From the NCBI GenBank assembly GCA_002269645.1, contig NIVC01001185.1:124001-188000 (forward strand): a DNA stretch of 64,000 nucleotides, read 5' to 3'. The stretch comes from Macrostomum lignano. Lineage: Eukaryota. The notes beneath the pieces were generated by a model that had not been told where the DNA came from, made no database searches, and saw only the letters and a program-made list of their open reading frames with translations. Shown here in pieces: positions 22,801 to 36,490 of this stretch. The first letter of the stretch is position 1, and each line of letters opens with the position of its first letter. The translations under genes were made by a program, and so were the position numbers.

Positions 22801-24860
22801 CTAAAATTATAAACCACTGCAGTACAGTACATTCACTTACCACAATGAGAACGACCTTCAGTTTGCAGCAGGCGCCAACGCAGCCCAAAATGCTGCTGGC
22901 CAGAATAAATGCGCCAATTCCGAGGAGCACTATGCCGGCATAGCCTGCAATAGTTTTAGTAGAAAATTATTGTTTATTATGTTTATTCTGATGTCAGATG
23001 GCGCCTAAAACTAGATGTCAGATGGCGCCTAAAACTAGATGTCAGATGGCGCCTAAAACTAGATGCCAGATGGCGCCTTAAACTAGATGTCAGATGGCGC
23101 CTAAAACTAGATGTCAGATGGCGCCTTAAACTAGATGTCAGATGGCGCCTAAAACTATAGATGTCAGATGGCGCCTAAAACTATAGATGTCAGATGGCGC
23201 CTAAACTGGATGTCAGATGGTGCCTAAAACTATAGATGTCAGATGGCGCCTAAACTAGATGTCAGATGGCGCCTAAAACTATAGATGTCAGATGGCGCCT
23301 AAACTGGATGTCAGATGGCGCCTAAACTGGATGTCAGATGGCGCCTAAAACTATAGATGTCAGATGGCGCCTAAACTAGATGTCAGATGGCGCCTAAAAC
23401 TATAGATGTCAGATGGCGCCTAAAACTATAGATGTCAGATGGCGCCTAAACTAGATGTCAGATGGCGCCTAAAACTATAGATGTCAGATGGCGCCTAAAA
23501 CTATAGATGTCAGATGGCGCCTAAAACTATAGATGTCAGATGGCGCCTAAAACTGGATGTCAGATGGCGCCTAAAACTATAGATGTCAGATGGCGCCTAA
23601 AACTGGATGTCAGATGGCGCCTAAAACTATAGATGTCAGATGGCGCCTAAAACTGGATGTCAGATGGCGCCTAAAACTATAGATGTCAGATGGCGCCTAA
23701 AACTAGATGTCAGATGGCGCCTAAAACTAGATGTCAGATGGCGCCTAAAACTAGGTGTCAGATGGCGCCTAAAACTATAGATGTCAGATGGCGCCTAAAC
23801 TGGATGTCAGATGGCGCCTAAAACTATAGATGTCAGATGGCGCCTAAACTGGATGTCAGATGGCGCCTAAAACTATAGATGTCAGATGGCGCCTAAATCT
23901 GGGTTATCAAGAACAAACTCACTGACAACGGTTGACCAGCTGCCAAGTATTTTCTGCACATCCGCGATGCTCAGTTGCACATTCGAGCCGCCAACGTTGC
24001 TGCTGGCCAGGGAGGACAGCAGGCCGCTGAACAGCTGGTAGATGGCGCTGCCGCCAAAGTGGAGAAGGCAGCCGACAATGCCCAGCAGGATGCCAACAGT
24101 CTGGTGACGGGTGCGGATCGAGAGTTGTTAGAGCCTAATGCGATTTGATATCGGTCTCCTAAGAGCCTAATGCGATTTGATATCGGTCTCCTAAGAGCCT
24201 AATGCGATTTGATATCGGTCTCCTAAGAGCCTAATGCGATGTGATATCAGTCTCCTAAGAGCCTAATGCGATGTGATATCAGTCTCCTAAGAGCCTAATG
24301 CGATGTGATATCGGTCTCAGCTAAGGGCCTAATGCAATTTGATATCGGTCTCAGCTAAGGGCCTAATGCAATTTGATATCGGTCTCAGCTAAGGGCCTAA
24401 TGCAATTTGATATCGGTCTCAGCTAAGGGCCTAATGCAATTTGATATCGGTCTCAGCTAAGAGCCTAATGCGATTTGATATCGGTCTCAGCTAAGAGCCT
24501 AATGCGATGTGATATCGGTCTCCTGACTTAAGAGCCTAATTAATTTTAATTGATTTACTAAGAATATGATCAGTTTTAGATTAATCCCCGCCAGAACCTA
24601 AGTAGATTTTTAATCGATCGCCTAAGATCCTAATGGAATTAAAACTGATCTCCTAAGAGTCTAATGAACTTTGAAAGTTGACTTGCTAGTAGTTGAATTT
24701 AATGCACTGCATTAAATGCGATGGTGCCTTTACATTATGTATGGTACATTACATTATGTAATGTAATACAGAAGGCCTTCAAACTCACAATTAGCAGACT
24801 GTTCACGATGTACAGTATGCATGCAGCAATCTGGGAGGTGCAACAGCCGCAGGCGCCCAT
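19006..24860 (-). CDS. Tetraspanin B (298 aa), complement(join(19006..19074,20039..20229,21490..21583,21671..21859,22841..22944,23923..24100,24789..24860))
   Basis: Four hydrophobic TM segments, GCVGACC, LECCGIDNFTDF (CCG motif), PLSCC, NC and SCY (6-Cys large loop). All six introns are GT-AG and in phase. Confidence 0.92.
19135..19893. repeat. GACA-based array with ~32-bp higher-order unit (ACAGGCAAACAGACAGTCGGACAGACAGACAG), tetraspanin B intron 6
   Basis: Direct observation. Confidence 0.95.
20375..21432. repeat. 25-bp minisatellite (GGATCAGCTTCATCACCTTAATATA), tetraspanin B intron 5
   Basis: Direct observation. Confidence 0.95.
22600..22805. repeat. Degenerate 32-bp array (CTAATAGCCTCAGTTGATCTGTCCCTGATCAT), tetraspanin B intron 3
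   Basis: About 6 copies. Confidence 0.85.
22990..23900. repeat. 23-26-bp minisatellite (GATGTCAGATGGCGCCTAAAACTA), tetraspanin B intron 2
   Basis: Direct observation. Confidence 0.95.
24130..24540. repeat. 32/34-bp minisatellite (AGAGCCTAATGCGATTTGATATCGGTCTCCTA), tetraspanin B intron 1
   Basis: Period 32 (24130 to 24162). Confidence 0.95.
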
Positions 24861-25619
24861 CTTTGAATCAAGTCAGATTATTGCTTAGAGAATTCAAGCA
24901 GTATATGAGCAACTTGAGAGCTTGTAGTCCTGGTATATCCCAGAGCGATTATATCTTCCCGTTGCTAACGTAGCTTTTTTGTTTACGTTAGCAACCCAGT
25001 TCCTTGTGCAGTTGACGAGCGGAGACTGTTTTGAACAAAGAACATCTGCTCGGGGTTCTGCAATAGCGCCTGGCAGTTGCAGAAGTTTAATAGCAGCAGG
25101 TATACATGGAGGCTATAGTTTTCTCATCCGTTGCTATGGTAACTGGCTTCCCCCCCCCCCGGGCTCGGAGGGAAGGAAAGCAGAGGGCAATGCCTGCCAA
25201 CCAGAAGAGAAATAGACAGGATGCGAGGGGATGAAGGGGACGCAGTGTGGGAAAAATGGAGTGAGAAAAGCTCTTCTAACCTGTAGCAGAACTGGCTATT
25301 GCCTGACAGACTTGTACTCTTTCTCGCCTTTTCTCTCTCTCCATTTCCTGCTAAAAGCTGCACGCGTTGCTTGTCAATGCAAGCAGTTTTTTCACCTGTA
25401 TGTCCTCCGCTAATTCTAATTCGTAAGACTTGATGTACTTTGCTGCTTTTTGGGGTGGGGTAGATTCCTGCGCCTATTGTGAGCAAATATCCACGCTTTA
25501 CATGTACTGAGCAGCCGGCTGGTTCCAGTTTAGAGTTGTACAAGTGCAGCTTCCTGGCGACTCCAGCCGCACTGTATTACATGTATATGCCATGATCAAT
25601 CAATTCCTTATTCTTGATC

Positions 25620-25970
25620 AAGTCTCATTAGGCTCTGACACTCCAGTCTCATTATTTGGCTCTGACACTCCAGTCTCATTATTAGGCTCTGACACTCCGG
25701 TCTCATAATTAGGCTCTGACATTCAAGTCTCATTAGGCTCTGACACTCCAGTCTCATTAGGCTCTGACACTCAAGTCTCATTATTAGGCTCTGACACTCC
25801 AGTCTCATTAGGCTCTGACACTCCAGTCTCATTAGGCTCTGACACTCCAGTCTCATTAGGCTCTGACACTCCAGTATCATTAGGCTCAGACACTCCAGTC
25901 TCATTATTAGGCTCAGACACTCCAGTCTCATTAGGCTCCGACACTCCGACAAGTCTCATTATTAGGCTTC
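25620..25970. repeat. 24/27-bp minisatellite (GTCTCATTAGGCTCTGACACTCCA) between the tetraspanins
   Basis: Direct observation. Confidence 0.95.
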
Positions 25971-26759
25971 AACGTTTGGGCTAGAAGCCTCTCATGGTGA
26001 AATCTTGAACGTGCTTTCTGTATGATCTATTTTTGAAAGCTTTATGAAAAATTCGTACATTCCTACTTATGCATTCAGCTGTCAGTAGGGTATAGTAGGG
26101 CATTCGCTATAGAAATTTGCTGGAATTGTTGTAAAATTTTAGTCACGCGGATTTCGCCTCTTTTTTTGTTTCCAAAAATAGCATCACTATTTTCTCCATT
26201 GTTAAATAAAATTTTCAACAATAATAGAAGCGTAATAAAATATACTCGTAGTATAGTCATTGCAGCAGCTGTGAGTCACTCATATCAACGACTGTATGGA
26301 TATAATTTATGTCTGAACAAATATTTGAACCAAACAAAATTAATACAAGAATAGCATGATTGATATTTAAGTCGCAGGATTAGTGGAATATTATCATAAA
26401 TAACATTACAATTTACATGCAATTGTATTAGGCCGCATTCATACTGCTTTAAATTTTACTTTAAGTAAACAAGAATACGACTTAAAAATTTATTTTTAAT
26501 TTTTAATTAAAATGGTTAAAATTAAAACGAAAAATCGCGACTACTTCTGTAAGTTGGTAATTTTAATCTGATTTAAAATCTTGATCTTTTTAACCACAAT
26601 AAAAACATCGGACCCTCGGTAGGTAAAAGCAGATATTTATATATTAAATGATTTTGTTAAAATGTGTCTGTTTTGTTTAACGCATGCACAGCTTGCATTT
26701 AGACGACAGCGAAAATTCCGGATGACATTTTGGCGATGCTGAACTGCCCGTGTGCACTT

Positions 26760-28678
26760 TTAGGTGACGCTCTTCTCCAGATTAATCAGAATTATGATGG
26801 CCAGCGCTGCTATGCAGCCCTGCGGATAGGGTGTTGGTGATAGATGTGTGATAGTTGTGTGATATCTGTGTGATAACTGTGTGCTGTAATACATGTAGCT
26901 GTGTGATAGCTGTGTGATAGCTGTGTGAAAGCTGTGATAGCTGTGTGATAGCTGTGTGATAGCTCTATGATAGCTGTGTGATAGCTCTATGATAGCTGTG
27001 TGATAGCTGTGTGACAGCTGTATGATAGCTGTGTGATAGCTCTATGATAGCTGTGTGAAAGCTATGTGATAGCTGTGTGATAGCTCTATGATAGCTGTGT
27101 GATAGCTCTATGATAGCTGTGTGATACCTCTATGATAGCTGTGTGATAGCTCTATGATAGCTGTGTGATAGCTGTGTGATAGCTGTGTGATAGCTCTATG
27201 ATAGCTGTGTGATAGCTGTGTGACAGCTGTATGATAGCTGTGTGATAGCTCTATGATAGCTGTGTGATAGCAGTGTGAAAGCTGTGTGATAGCTCTATGA
27301 TAGCTGTGTGAAAGCTGTGTGATAGCTGTGTGATAGCTGTGTGATAGCTCTATGATAGTTGTGTGATAGCTGTGTGACAGCTGTATGATAGCTGTGTGAT
27401 AGCTCTATGATAGCTGTGTGATACCTCTATGATAGCTGTGTGATAGCTCTATGATAGCTGTGTGATAGCTGTGTGATAGCTGTGTGATAGCTCTATGATA
27501 GCTGTGTGATAGCTGTGTGACAGCTGTATGATAGCTGTGTGATAGCTCTATGATAGCTGTGTGATAGCAGTGTGAAAGCTGTGTGATAGCTCTATGATAG
27601 CTGTGTGAAAGCTGTGTGATAGCTGTGTGATAGCTGTGATAGCTCCATGATAGTTGTGTGATAGCTGTGTGACAGCTGTATGATAGCTGTGTGATAGCTC
27701 TATGATAGCTGTGTGATAGCAGTGTGAAAGCTGTGTGAAAGCTGTGTGATAGCTCTATGATAGCTGTGTGAAAGCTGTGTGAAAGCTGTGTGAAAGCTGT
27801 GTGATAGCTGTGTGATAGCAATGTGATAGCTGTGTGATAGCTCTATGATAGCTGTGTGATAGCAGTGTGAAAGCTGTGTGAAAGCTGTGTGAAAGCTTTA
27901 TGATAGCTGTGTGAAAGCTGTGTGATAGCTGTGATTCAACACTCACAATGACTCCGGCAGCGATGAACAGGCCGTATGTGGCGTAGGCTGAATAAGTGTC
28001 GAAGGCGTTCCACAATTTTGTGTAGCAGCCGCCCTCGTACATGTTGCTGTTCTGACTGTCCGGTGAGTAGGTGCAGTTCTCGTAGGTTGGCTCAAAGGTG
28101 GCTCCGGAGATCTTGCAGCAGGACTCGGGTAGGACTTCGTCTGGGAATTTCGGACACCGTCAGGTTTTTAATGAGTAAGGTCTAACCATCATCGTTCAAT
28201 AGGGTCTAGCCATAGACAAAATGAGGGCCAACCCCCAAGGCAAGGCCCAAAAGCCGTAAAAAGCTAATAAAAAAATAAACTAACTCACCTATGTAGGTTC
28301 CATTCTTCAGTTGATAAGTGCTATTCCAGGTGTTGAATTCATGGTAAATTGTGTAGTTATCAACTCCGCAACAGGGAACCTGCGGGTGTAGTGCAAATTT
28401 TATGGTGTTACGGCTTTATACAGTTAGAAGTAAAGAGTGGGCACAGATGTATAGATTGAATGGAATTTTTTATACGAGCTGCTTGCTGAAGTGGGGTCGA
28501 ATTTTAGGGCTTTGGAATAATATCAATACAATTTTCGACTAGCAGAAGCCGTGCATCTCATGCAGCTATGCTCACAGAATAGGAAAGATGGAACCGGAAA
28601 AAATGAAGAGGTAGAGTGAGGGAGAAGCAGAGAAGGGAGAGAGGTAGAGAGTGTGTGTGTGTGTGTGTTTGTGTGTGT

Positions 28679-28765
<87 letters not shown>

Positions 28766-31700
28766 AGAGAGAAAGAGAGAGAGAGAGGGAGAGGGGAGAG
28801 AGAGAGGTATAGAGGGAGAAAGAGGTAGAGAGGGAGAGTAAGATAAAGAGGGAGAGAGAGGTAGAGAGAGGGAGAGAAGGAGAGAAAGGTAGAGAGGTAG
28901 AGAGGGAGAGAGAGGGAGAGAAGGAGAGAAAGGTAGAGAGGGAGAGAGGGAGAGGGAGAGAGGGGTAGAGAGGGATAGAGAGAGGGAGAGAGGGAGAGAG
29001 AGGGAGAGAGAAAGAGAGAGAGAGAGAGAGGGAGAGAGAGAGGGAGAGAGGGAGATAAAGGTAGAGGGAGAGAGTCAGATGTCACTGCCTAATCAGTCGC
29101 AGCAGGACAGCAAACAGAAGAGAGGCGGAAGAGAGATAAAGTATGAACTGGACAGACAATACGTTTTTACTGCAACAACCAGGCAGCCAAACTAGAATCG
29201 ACAGCTGCAGTATTGCTGACTTACCCTGGCCTGAATAAGGTCCAGAATATTAGTAAACTCATTAGCCGAGCCGCGACCTTTGTACTCCGATTTGACCAGA
29301 GTAGTCATTTGCTTCGCACCCTCCGTGCGCATCAGGTTTTTGTTGATGATGTAGCCAGCTGCCAGGCCCGCGCAGGCCAGAGCCAGGACCGCCATGATCA
29401 CGATGTACTTTTAATTGGCGAGTGCAAGGGGTTGGAGTTAGGTAACTTGGAGAATTCCTTTCAACTATTAATTTTCTAGGATTATTGGACATTGGAATAC
29501 TCGGACACAGGGATACTCGGACATAAGGATACTCGGACACTGGGAGTATTCGGACACTAGGATACTCAGACACTGAGATACTTCGGACAGAGGGATACTC
29601 AGACACTGAGATACTTCGGACAGAGGGATACTCAGACACCTAGGATCTCGGACAACAAAGGCAGCAGTATAGAAGCTCACCACAATGATAAGCAGTTTAG
29701 AGTTGCAGCAGGCTCCAATAGCTCCAATTATGCCCGTGGCAACCAGAAACAGGCCAACAGCCAACAGAGCTATGCCAGCATAACCTGGGTTTCACAGTGC
29801 GAGTGTGGGTGGGCATGGATTATTATAGCGTGCGCAGGTCACGTACTTGTAACTTTCGAGGATCGATAAGTTTAATTATCTTTTATCTTTTTATCTGGGT
29901 CTGGGGGCACGATCTTCTAGCAACTTTATCTGGCACTGCTGGACTTCTCTCTACCCCTCTACCTCTCTCCCTCTCTACCTCTACCTCTCTACTTCTCTAC
30001 CTCTCTCCCTCTCTCCCTCTCTCTCCCTCTCTCCCTCTCTCTCTCTCTCTCTCCCTCTCTACCTCTACCTCTCTACTTCTCTACCTCTCTCCCTCTCTAC
30101 CTCTCTACCTCTCTCCCTCTCTACCTCTACCTCTCTACCTCTCTCCCTCTCTACCTCTACCTCTCTACCTCTCTCCCTCTCTACCTCTACCTCTCTACAT
30201 CTCTACCTCTCTCCCTCTCTACCTCTACCTCTCTACATCTCTACCTCTCTCCCTCTCTACCTCTACCTCTCTAACTCTACCTCTCTACATCTCTACCTCT
30301 CTCCCTCTCTACCTCTACCTCTCTACTTCTCTACCTCTCTCCCTCTCTACTTCTCTACCTCTCTCCCTCTCTACCTCTCTACCTCTACCTCTCTATCTCT
30401 CTCCCTCTCTACCTCTACCTCTCTACCTCTCTCCCTCTCTACCTCTACCTCTCTACATCTCTACCTCTCTCCCTCTCTACCTCTACCTCTCTACATCTCT
30501 ACCTCTCTCCCTCTCTACCTCTACCTCTCTACATCTCTACCTCTCTCCCTCTCTACCTCTACCTCTCTAACTCTACCTCTCTTCCTCTCTACCTCTCTTC
30601 CTCTCTACCTCTCTTCCTCTCTACCTCTCTTTCTCTCTACCTCTCTTTCTCTCTACCTCTCTTCCTCTCTACCTCTCTTTCTCTCTACCTCTCTTCCTCT
30701 CTACCTCTCTTTCTCTCTACCTCTCTTCCTCTCTACCTCTCTTTCTCTCTACCTCTCTTTCTCTCTACCTCTCTTTCTCTCTACCTCTCTTTCTCTCTAC
30801 CTCTCTTTCTCTCTACCTCTCTTTCTCTCTACCTCTCTTTCTCTCTACCTCTCTTCCTCTCTACCTCTATTTCTCTCTACCTCTCTTTCTCTCTACCTCT
30901 CTTCCTCTTTACCTCTCTTTCTCTCTACCTCTCTTTCTCTCTACCTCTCTTCCTCTCTACCTCTCTTTCTCTCTACCTCTCTTCCTTTCTCCCTCTCTCC
31001 CTCACTTACTCTCTTCCTGCTCTCTCTCTCTGCATCTCTCCCTCTCTGCATCTCTCCTTTTCTACTTCTCTACCTCTTCTCTACCTCTCTACCTCTCATT
31101 CACATTTAACAAATGAATCACATCGAGCTCACTTACTGACATAGACAGACCAGGTGCCCAGCACCTTCTGCAAATCGCTAAACGACAAAGGCGTGGAGGA
31201 ACCAATCTGACTGCTGCCGATATTGGACAGGGCGGCGCTGAGTAGTTGAAATACCAGATTGCCGCCCCAGTGCAGAATGCACCCGATGATGGCCAGGACT
31301 ACACCAATAGTCTGATCGATGGGTTGTGGAGTTGGCACAGATGTGATAGTTAGTGTACATTATCTAGCAATGCTTTGTGTGCTGATTTGAGTACCTTTGC
31401 GGCGCTGCTTTGTAATGGCACCGGTTAGGACGGCGCCTTTTAGGACGGCGCCTTTTAGGACGGCGCCTTTTCGGACGGCGCCTTCTATGGTGGCGCCTTT
31501 CTAGGGTGGCGCCTTTCTAAGGTGGCGCCTTTCTAGGTGGCGCCTTTCTAGGGTGGCGTCTTTCTAGGGTGGCGCCTTTCTAGGGTGGCGCCTTTCTAGG
31601 GTGGCGCCTTTCTAGGGTCGCGCCTTTCTAGGGTGGCGCCTTTCTAGGGTGGCGCCTTTCTAGGGTGGCTGCTTCTAGAGCGACGCTTTCTAGGGCGGCG

Positions 31701-32422
31701 CTTTCTAAGGTGGCGCTTTTTAGGGTGGCGCCTTCTACGAGGAAGCCTTCTAGGGTAGGGTGACGCCTTCTAGAGTGGCACCTTCTAGGGTGGCGCGTTT
31801 TAGAGTGGCGCCTTCTATGGTGGCGCCTTTCTAGGGTGGCGCCTTTCTAGGGTGGCGCCTTTCTGGGGTGGCGCCTTTCTAAGGTGGCGCCTTTCTAGGG
31901 TGGCGCCTTTCTAGGGTGGCGCCTTTCTAGGGTGGCGCCTTTCTAGGGTGGCTGCTTCTAGAGCGACGCTTTCAAGGGCGGCGCTTTCTAAGGTGGCGCA
32001 TTTTAGGGTGGCGCCTTCTACGAGGAAGCCTTCTAGGGTAGGGTGACGCCTTCTAGAGTGGCACCTTCTAGGGTGACGCCTTCTAGAGTGGCACCTTCTA
32101 GGGTGACGCCTTCTAGAGTGGCACGTTCTAGAGTGGCACCTTCTAGGGTGGCGCCTTTTAGAGTGGCGCCTTCTAGGATAGGGTGGCGCCTTTCTAGGGT
32201 GGCGCCTTTCTAAGGTGGCGCTTTTTAGGGTGGCACTTTCTATTGTGGCGCCTTGTAGGGGTGTCACCATAGAATTGAACCTCATGGAATTGAAACTGGC
32301 CAAACAAGCCAAGCCAGCTGCAAACTCACAATCAGAATGCCGTTGATGGCTCCAAGCACGCATTTGGCCACCTGAGCGCTGCAGCAGGTGCACAGCTTAA
32401 CGCAGCAAGAGCAAACTCCCAT
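26760..32422 (-). CDS. Tetraspanin A (299 aa), complement(join(26760..26819,27947..28140,28289..28379,29225..29407,29681..29784,31137..31311,32330..32422))
   Basis: Cys-rich N-terminus, four TM segments, GAIGACC, VPCCGVDNY, PESCC, NC and GCY. Intron positions and phases match tetraspanin B. Confidence 0.92.
26835..27932. repeat. 10-bp satellite (GTGATAGCTG / CTCTATGATAG variants), tetraspanin A intron 6
   Basis: Direct observation. Confidence 0.95.
28615..29075. repeat. (GT)n, (GA)n and GA-rich tract, tetraspanin A intron 4
   Basis: Direct observation. Confidence 0.9.
29485..29655. repeat. Degenerate GGATACTCGGACAC-type array, tetraspanin A intron 3
   Basis: About 8 degenerate copies. Confidence 0.8.
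29945..31100. repeat. CT-rich (CTCTACCTCT)-type array, tetraspanin A intron 2
   Basis: Direct observation. Confidence 0.95.
31410..32265. repeat. 16/17-bp minisatellite (GGGTGGCGCCTTTCTA) with an internal ~280-bp duplication, tetraspanin A intron 1
   Basis: Variant GGCTGCTTCTAGAGCGACGCTTTC recurs near 31667 and 31950. Confidence 0.95.
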
Positions 32423-33114
32423 GACTGTTGCAGTTAAACTTCAAGGTGAGGATGTGAGAAACAGGATTAATAAGAGAAGCCGCACTGATGCTGCTCAACT
32501 CAACAATCTCTGCGCTAAGTCTTCTCTCTGCTCTCCCGAGTTTATAGACTATGGGGGGTGGGTGGGTGTTAGGAAATGGAGGAGAGCGGGCACACGGATC
32601 GCACAGCAAACGCGCAGATTTATTATTTAAGTCTAAAAATAGAAGTTGAAGGACGACCCTGCAAGGTGAGAGAGAATTAGAGAGCTTAGGGAAGGGAGGG
32701 AGAGAGAGAGAGAGAGGGAGTTGACCAGTGTGCATTTGGGTGAGACCTTGCTCACGAGATGCTCAATGGCTGTTTCTGTCTCTCTCTGTGTATTTGTGTA
32801 CTCACGGTATCCATTGGCGACTTTATGCCTACCAATAATAAAGTTTTCTGGTCATGGACTGTGTGTGTTTTCTTGTCGTTCTTATTTGCCCATTGTGTTG
32901 GCGGGTGTGTTTCGTGTGCAGGGTTGGCAGAGCTCTGAGAGCAGAATTAAGTATGTAGGCTCTCAGCTGAATTGTCAAAGAGGTTTCTGATGCACTAAAC
33001 AGGCTATTTATTATATCTGCAGTTGTATTGCAATTTTCCTGCTTGAGTTCAGCTCACATATGCAGCTATTTTCTAGTTTCTATGAGAGCTTATTTAAATC
33101 TAGAATGCTCTATC

Positions 33115-33450
33115 TGATGATGAGATAGAGATAAAGATGAGATAGAGATAAATATCAGAAAGAAATAGAGATGAGGTAGAGATAGAGGTAGAGATAGAGA
33201 TGAGGTAGAGATAGAGGTAGAGATGAGATAGAGATAGAGATGAGATAGAGATGAGGTAGAGATAGAGATGAGATAGATATAGAGAATGGACAAGAGATAA
33301 AGATAGAATAGAGAGATATAAGATAGAGAATAGAGATATAAGATAGAGAATAGAGAGATAAGATAGAGAATAGAGAGATAAAACAGAGAATAGAGAGATA
33401 AGATACAGATTAGAGAGATAAGATAGAGAATAGACATGAGATAAAGATAG
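33115..33450. repeat. GA-rich (GAGATAGAGA)-type tract
   Basis: Direct observation. Confidence 0.85.
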
Positions 33451-33879
33451 AAGCCTGGCCTGCATCTATCTAAGTAAATCTCTCACATTATCTCTCATCT
33501 CTTATCTTAATCTCTTCTCACTATCTCCCTCTTCCACTTGTAAAATACGGTCTCATTACCTACTTCAGATATTCGAAAGCATACCAGATCTCCATTATTC
33601 ATTTCTCATTTCTTTCCATTCGAATTTCGCAGAGAACATTAATTGCTCTATGAAAATGAGCCAAGCTCACATGGAATTTTCACAGCGTGTGACGGAGACA
33701 GCCAAAATGCATTTAAAGTGCTCTCTCATCTTGTTTGCTCACCATATACCTGTCTTGTCATATTCTCCGCCCAAGCTTTTGCTGACTAATTCCACTTTAA
33801 AAGCCAATGCGTTGTTGCCAATCATTAGAAATATTAATAACATGACAGTAGGTTTGTTTATCGTAGCTAAATAATTGTC

Positions 33880-34001
33880 TGCTCTAAAAAAGGTTTATTT
33901 TAAATGTGAAGCATTTAAAATAGACAGAACGTCCTTGCTATTCGGTGAAATAATATGTAATAATCATGTGTCGTAAAATACATGTAGATCTCGTGCTGCG
34001 C
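33880..34001 (-). other. Candidate terminal exon of an unmodelled minus-strand transcript
   Basis: Pyrimidine-rich acceptor CCCTCTTCCCTGTACACGCAG at the array edge, short open frames, AATAAA at 33894-33899. No family recognised. Confidence 0.25.
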
Positions 34002-34009
34002 CTGCGTGT

Positions 34010-36490
34010 ACAGGGAAGAGGGTATGGGAAGAGGGTGTTGGGAGAGGGTATGGAGAGAGAGTAAGGGGAGAGGGTATGGAGAGAGGGTAAGGGGAGAGGG
34101 TATGGGGAGAGGGTATGGGGAGAGGGTATGGTAGAGAGGGTATGTCAGAGAGGGTATGGGGAGAGGGTATGGTAGAGAAGGTATGTCAGAGAGGGTATGT
34201 CAGAGAGGGTATGGTAGAGATGGTATGGTAGAGAGGGTATGTCAGAGAGGGTATGGTAGAGATGGTATGGTAGAGAGAAAATGGTACATTGGGTATGGTA
34301 GAGAGGGTATGTCAGAGAGGGTATGGTAGAGAGGGTATGGTAGATTGGGTATGGTAGAGAGGATATGGTAGAGAGGATATGGTAGAGAGGATATGGTAGA
34401 GAGGATATGGTAGAGAGGATATGGTAGAGAGGATATGGTAGAGAGGATATGGTAGAGAGGGTATGGTAGAGAGGATATGGTAGAGAGGATATGGTAGAGA
34501 GGATATGGTAGAGAGGGTATGGTAGAGAGGATATGGTAGAGAGGATATGGTAGAGAGGATATGGTAGAGAGGATATGGTAGAGAGGATATGGTAGAGAGG
34601 GTATGGTAGAGAGGATATGGTAGAGAGGATATGGTAGAGAGGATATGGTAGAGAGGATATGGTAGAGAGGATATGGTAGAGAGGGTATGGTAGAGAGGAT
34701 ATGGTAGAGAGGATATGGTAGAGAGGGTATGGTAGAGAGGATATGGTAGAGAGGATATGGTAGAGAGGATATGGTAGAGAGGATATGGTAGAGAGGATAT
34801 GGTAGAGAGGATATGGTAGAGAGGGTATGGTAGAGAGGGTATGGTAGAGAGGATATGGTAGAGAGGATATGGTAGAGAGGATATGGTAGAGAGGATATGG
34901 TAGAGAGGATATGGTAGATTGGGTATGGTAGAGAGGATATGGTAGAGAGGATATGGTAGAGAGGATATGGTAGAGAGGATATGGTAGAGAGGATATGGTA
35001 GAGAGGGTATGGTAGAGAGGATATGGTAGAGAGGATATGGTAGAGAGGATATGGTAGAGAGGATATGGTAGAGAGGATATGGTAGAGAGGATATGGTAGA
35101 GAGGATATGGTAGAGAGGGTATGGTAGAGAGGATATGGTAGAGAGGATATGGTAGAGAGGATATGGTAGAGAGGATATGGTAGAGAGGGTATGGTAGAGA
35201 GGGTATGGTAGAGAGGGTATGGTAGAGAGGGTATGGTAGAGAGGGTATGGTAGAGAGGATATGGTAGAGAGGATATGGTAGAGAGGATATGGTAGAGAGG
35301 ATATGGTAGAGAGGATATGGTAGAGAGGATATGGTAGAGAGGATATGGTAGAGAGGATATGGTAGAGAGGGTATGGTAGAGAGGGTATGGTAGAGAGGAT
35401 ATGGTAGATTGGGTATGGTAGAGAGGATATGGTAGAGAGGATATGGTAGAGAGGATATGGTAGAGAGGATATGGTAGAGAGGGTATGGTAGAGAGGATAT
35501 GGTAGAGAGGATATGGTAGAGAGGATATGGTAGAGAGGGTATGGTAGAGAGGATATGGTAGAGAGGATATGGTAGAGAGGATATGGTAGAGAGGATATGG
35601 TAGAGAGGGTATGGTAGAGAGGGTATGGTAGAGAGGGTATGGTAGAGAGGATATGGTAGAGAGGATATGGTAGAGAGGATATGGTAGAGAGGATATGGTA
35701 GAGAGGATATGGTAGAGAGGATATGGTAGAGAGGATATGGTAGAGAGGATATGGTAGAGAGGATATGGTAGAGAGGATATGGTAGAGAGGGTATGGTAGA
35801 GAGGGTATGGTAGAGAGGGTATGGTAGAGAGGATATGGTAGAGAGGATATGGTAGAGAGGATATGGTAGAGAGGATATGGTAGAGAGGATATGGTAGAGA
35901 GGATATGGTAGAGAGGATATGGTAGAGAGGATATGGTAGAGAGGATATGGTAGAGAGGATATGGTAGAGAGGGTATGGTAGAGAGGATATGGTAGAGAGG
36001 GTATGGTAGAGAGGGTATGGTAGAGAGGGTATGGTAGAGAGGATATGGTAGAGAGGATATGGTAGAGAGGATATGGTAGAGAGGATATGGTAGAGAGGAT
36101 ATGGTAGAGAGGATATGGTAGAGAGGATATGGTAGAGAGGATATGGTAGAGAGGATATGGTAGAGAGGGTATGGTAGAGAGGGTATGGTAGAGAGGGTAT
36201 GGTAGAGAGGATATGGTAGAGAGGATATGGTAGAGAGGATATGGTAGAGAGGATATGGTAGAGAGGATATGGTAGAGAGGGTATGGTAGAGAGGGTATGG
36301 TAGAGAGGGTATGGTAGAGAGGGTATGATAAAGAAGCTATGGTAGAGAGGCAGAAAGGGTATGGTAGAGAGGGTATGTCAGAGAGGGTATGTCAGAGAGG
36401 GTATGTCAGAGAGGGTATGTCAGAGTGGGTATGTCAGAGAGGGTATGGTATAGAGGGTATGGTAGATTGGGTAAGGTAGAGATGGTAAGA
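34010..36490. repeat. 14-bp satellite (GGTAGAGAGGATAT / GGTAGAGAGGGTAT), ~2.5 kb
   Basis: Direct observation. Confidence 0.97.
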
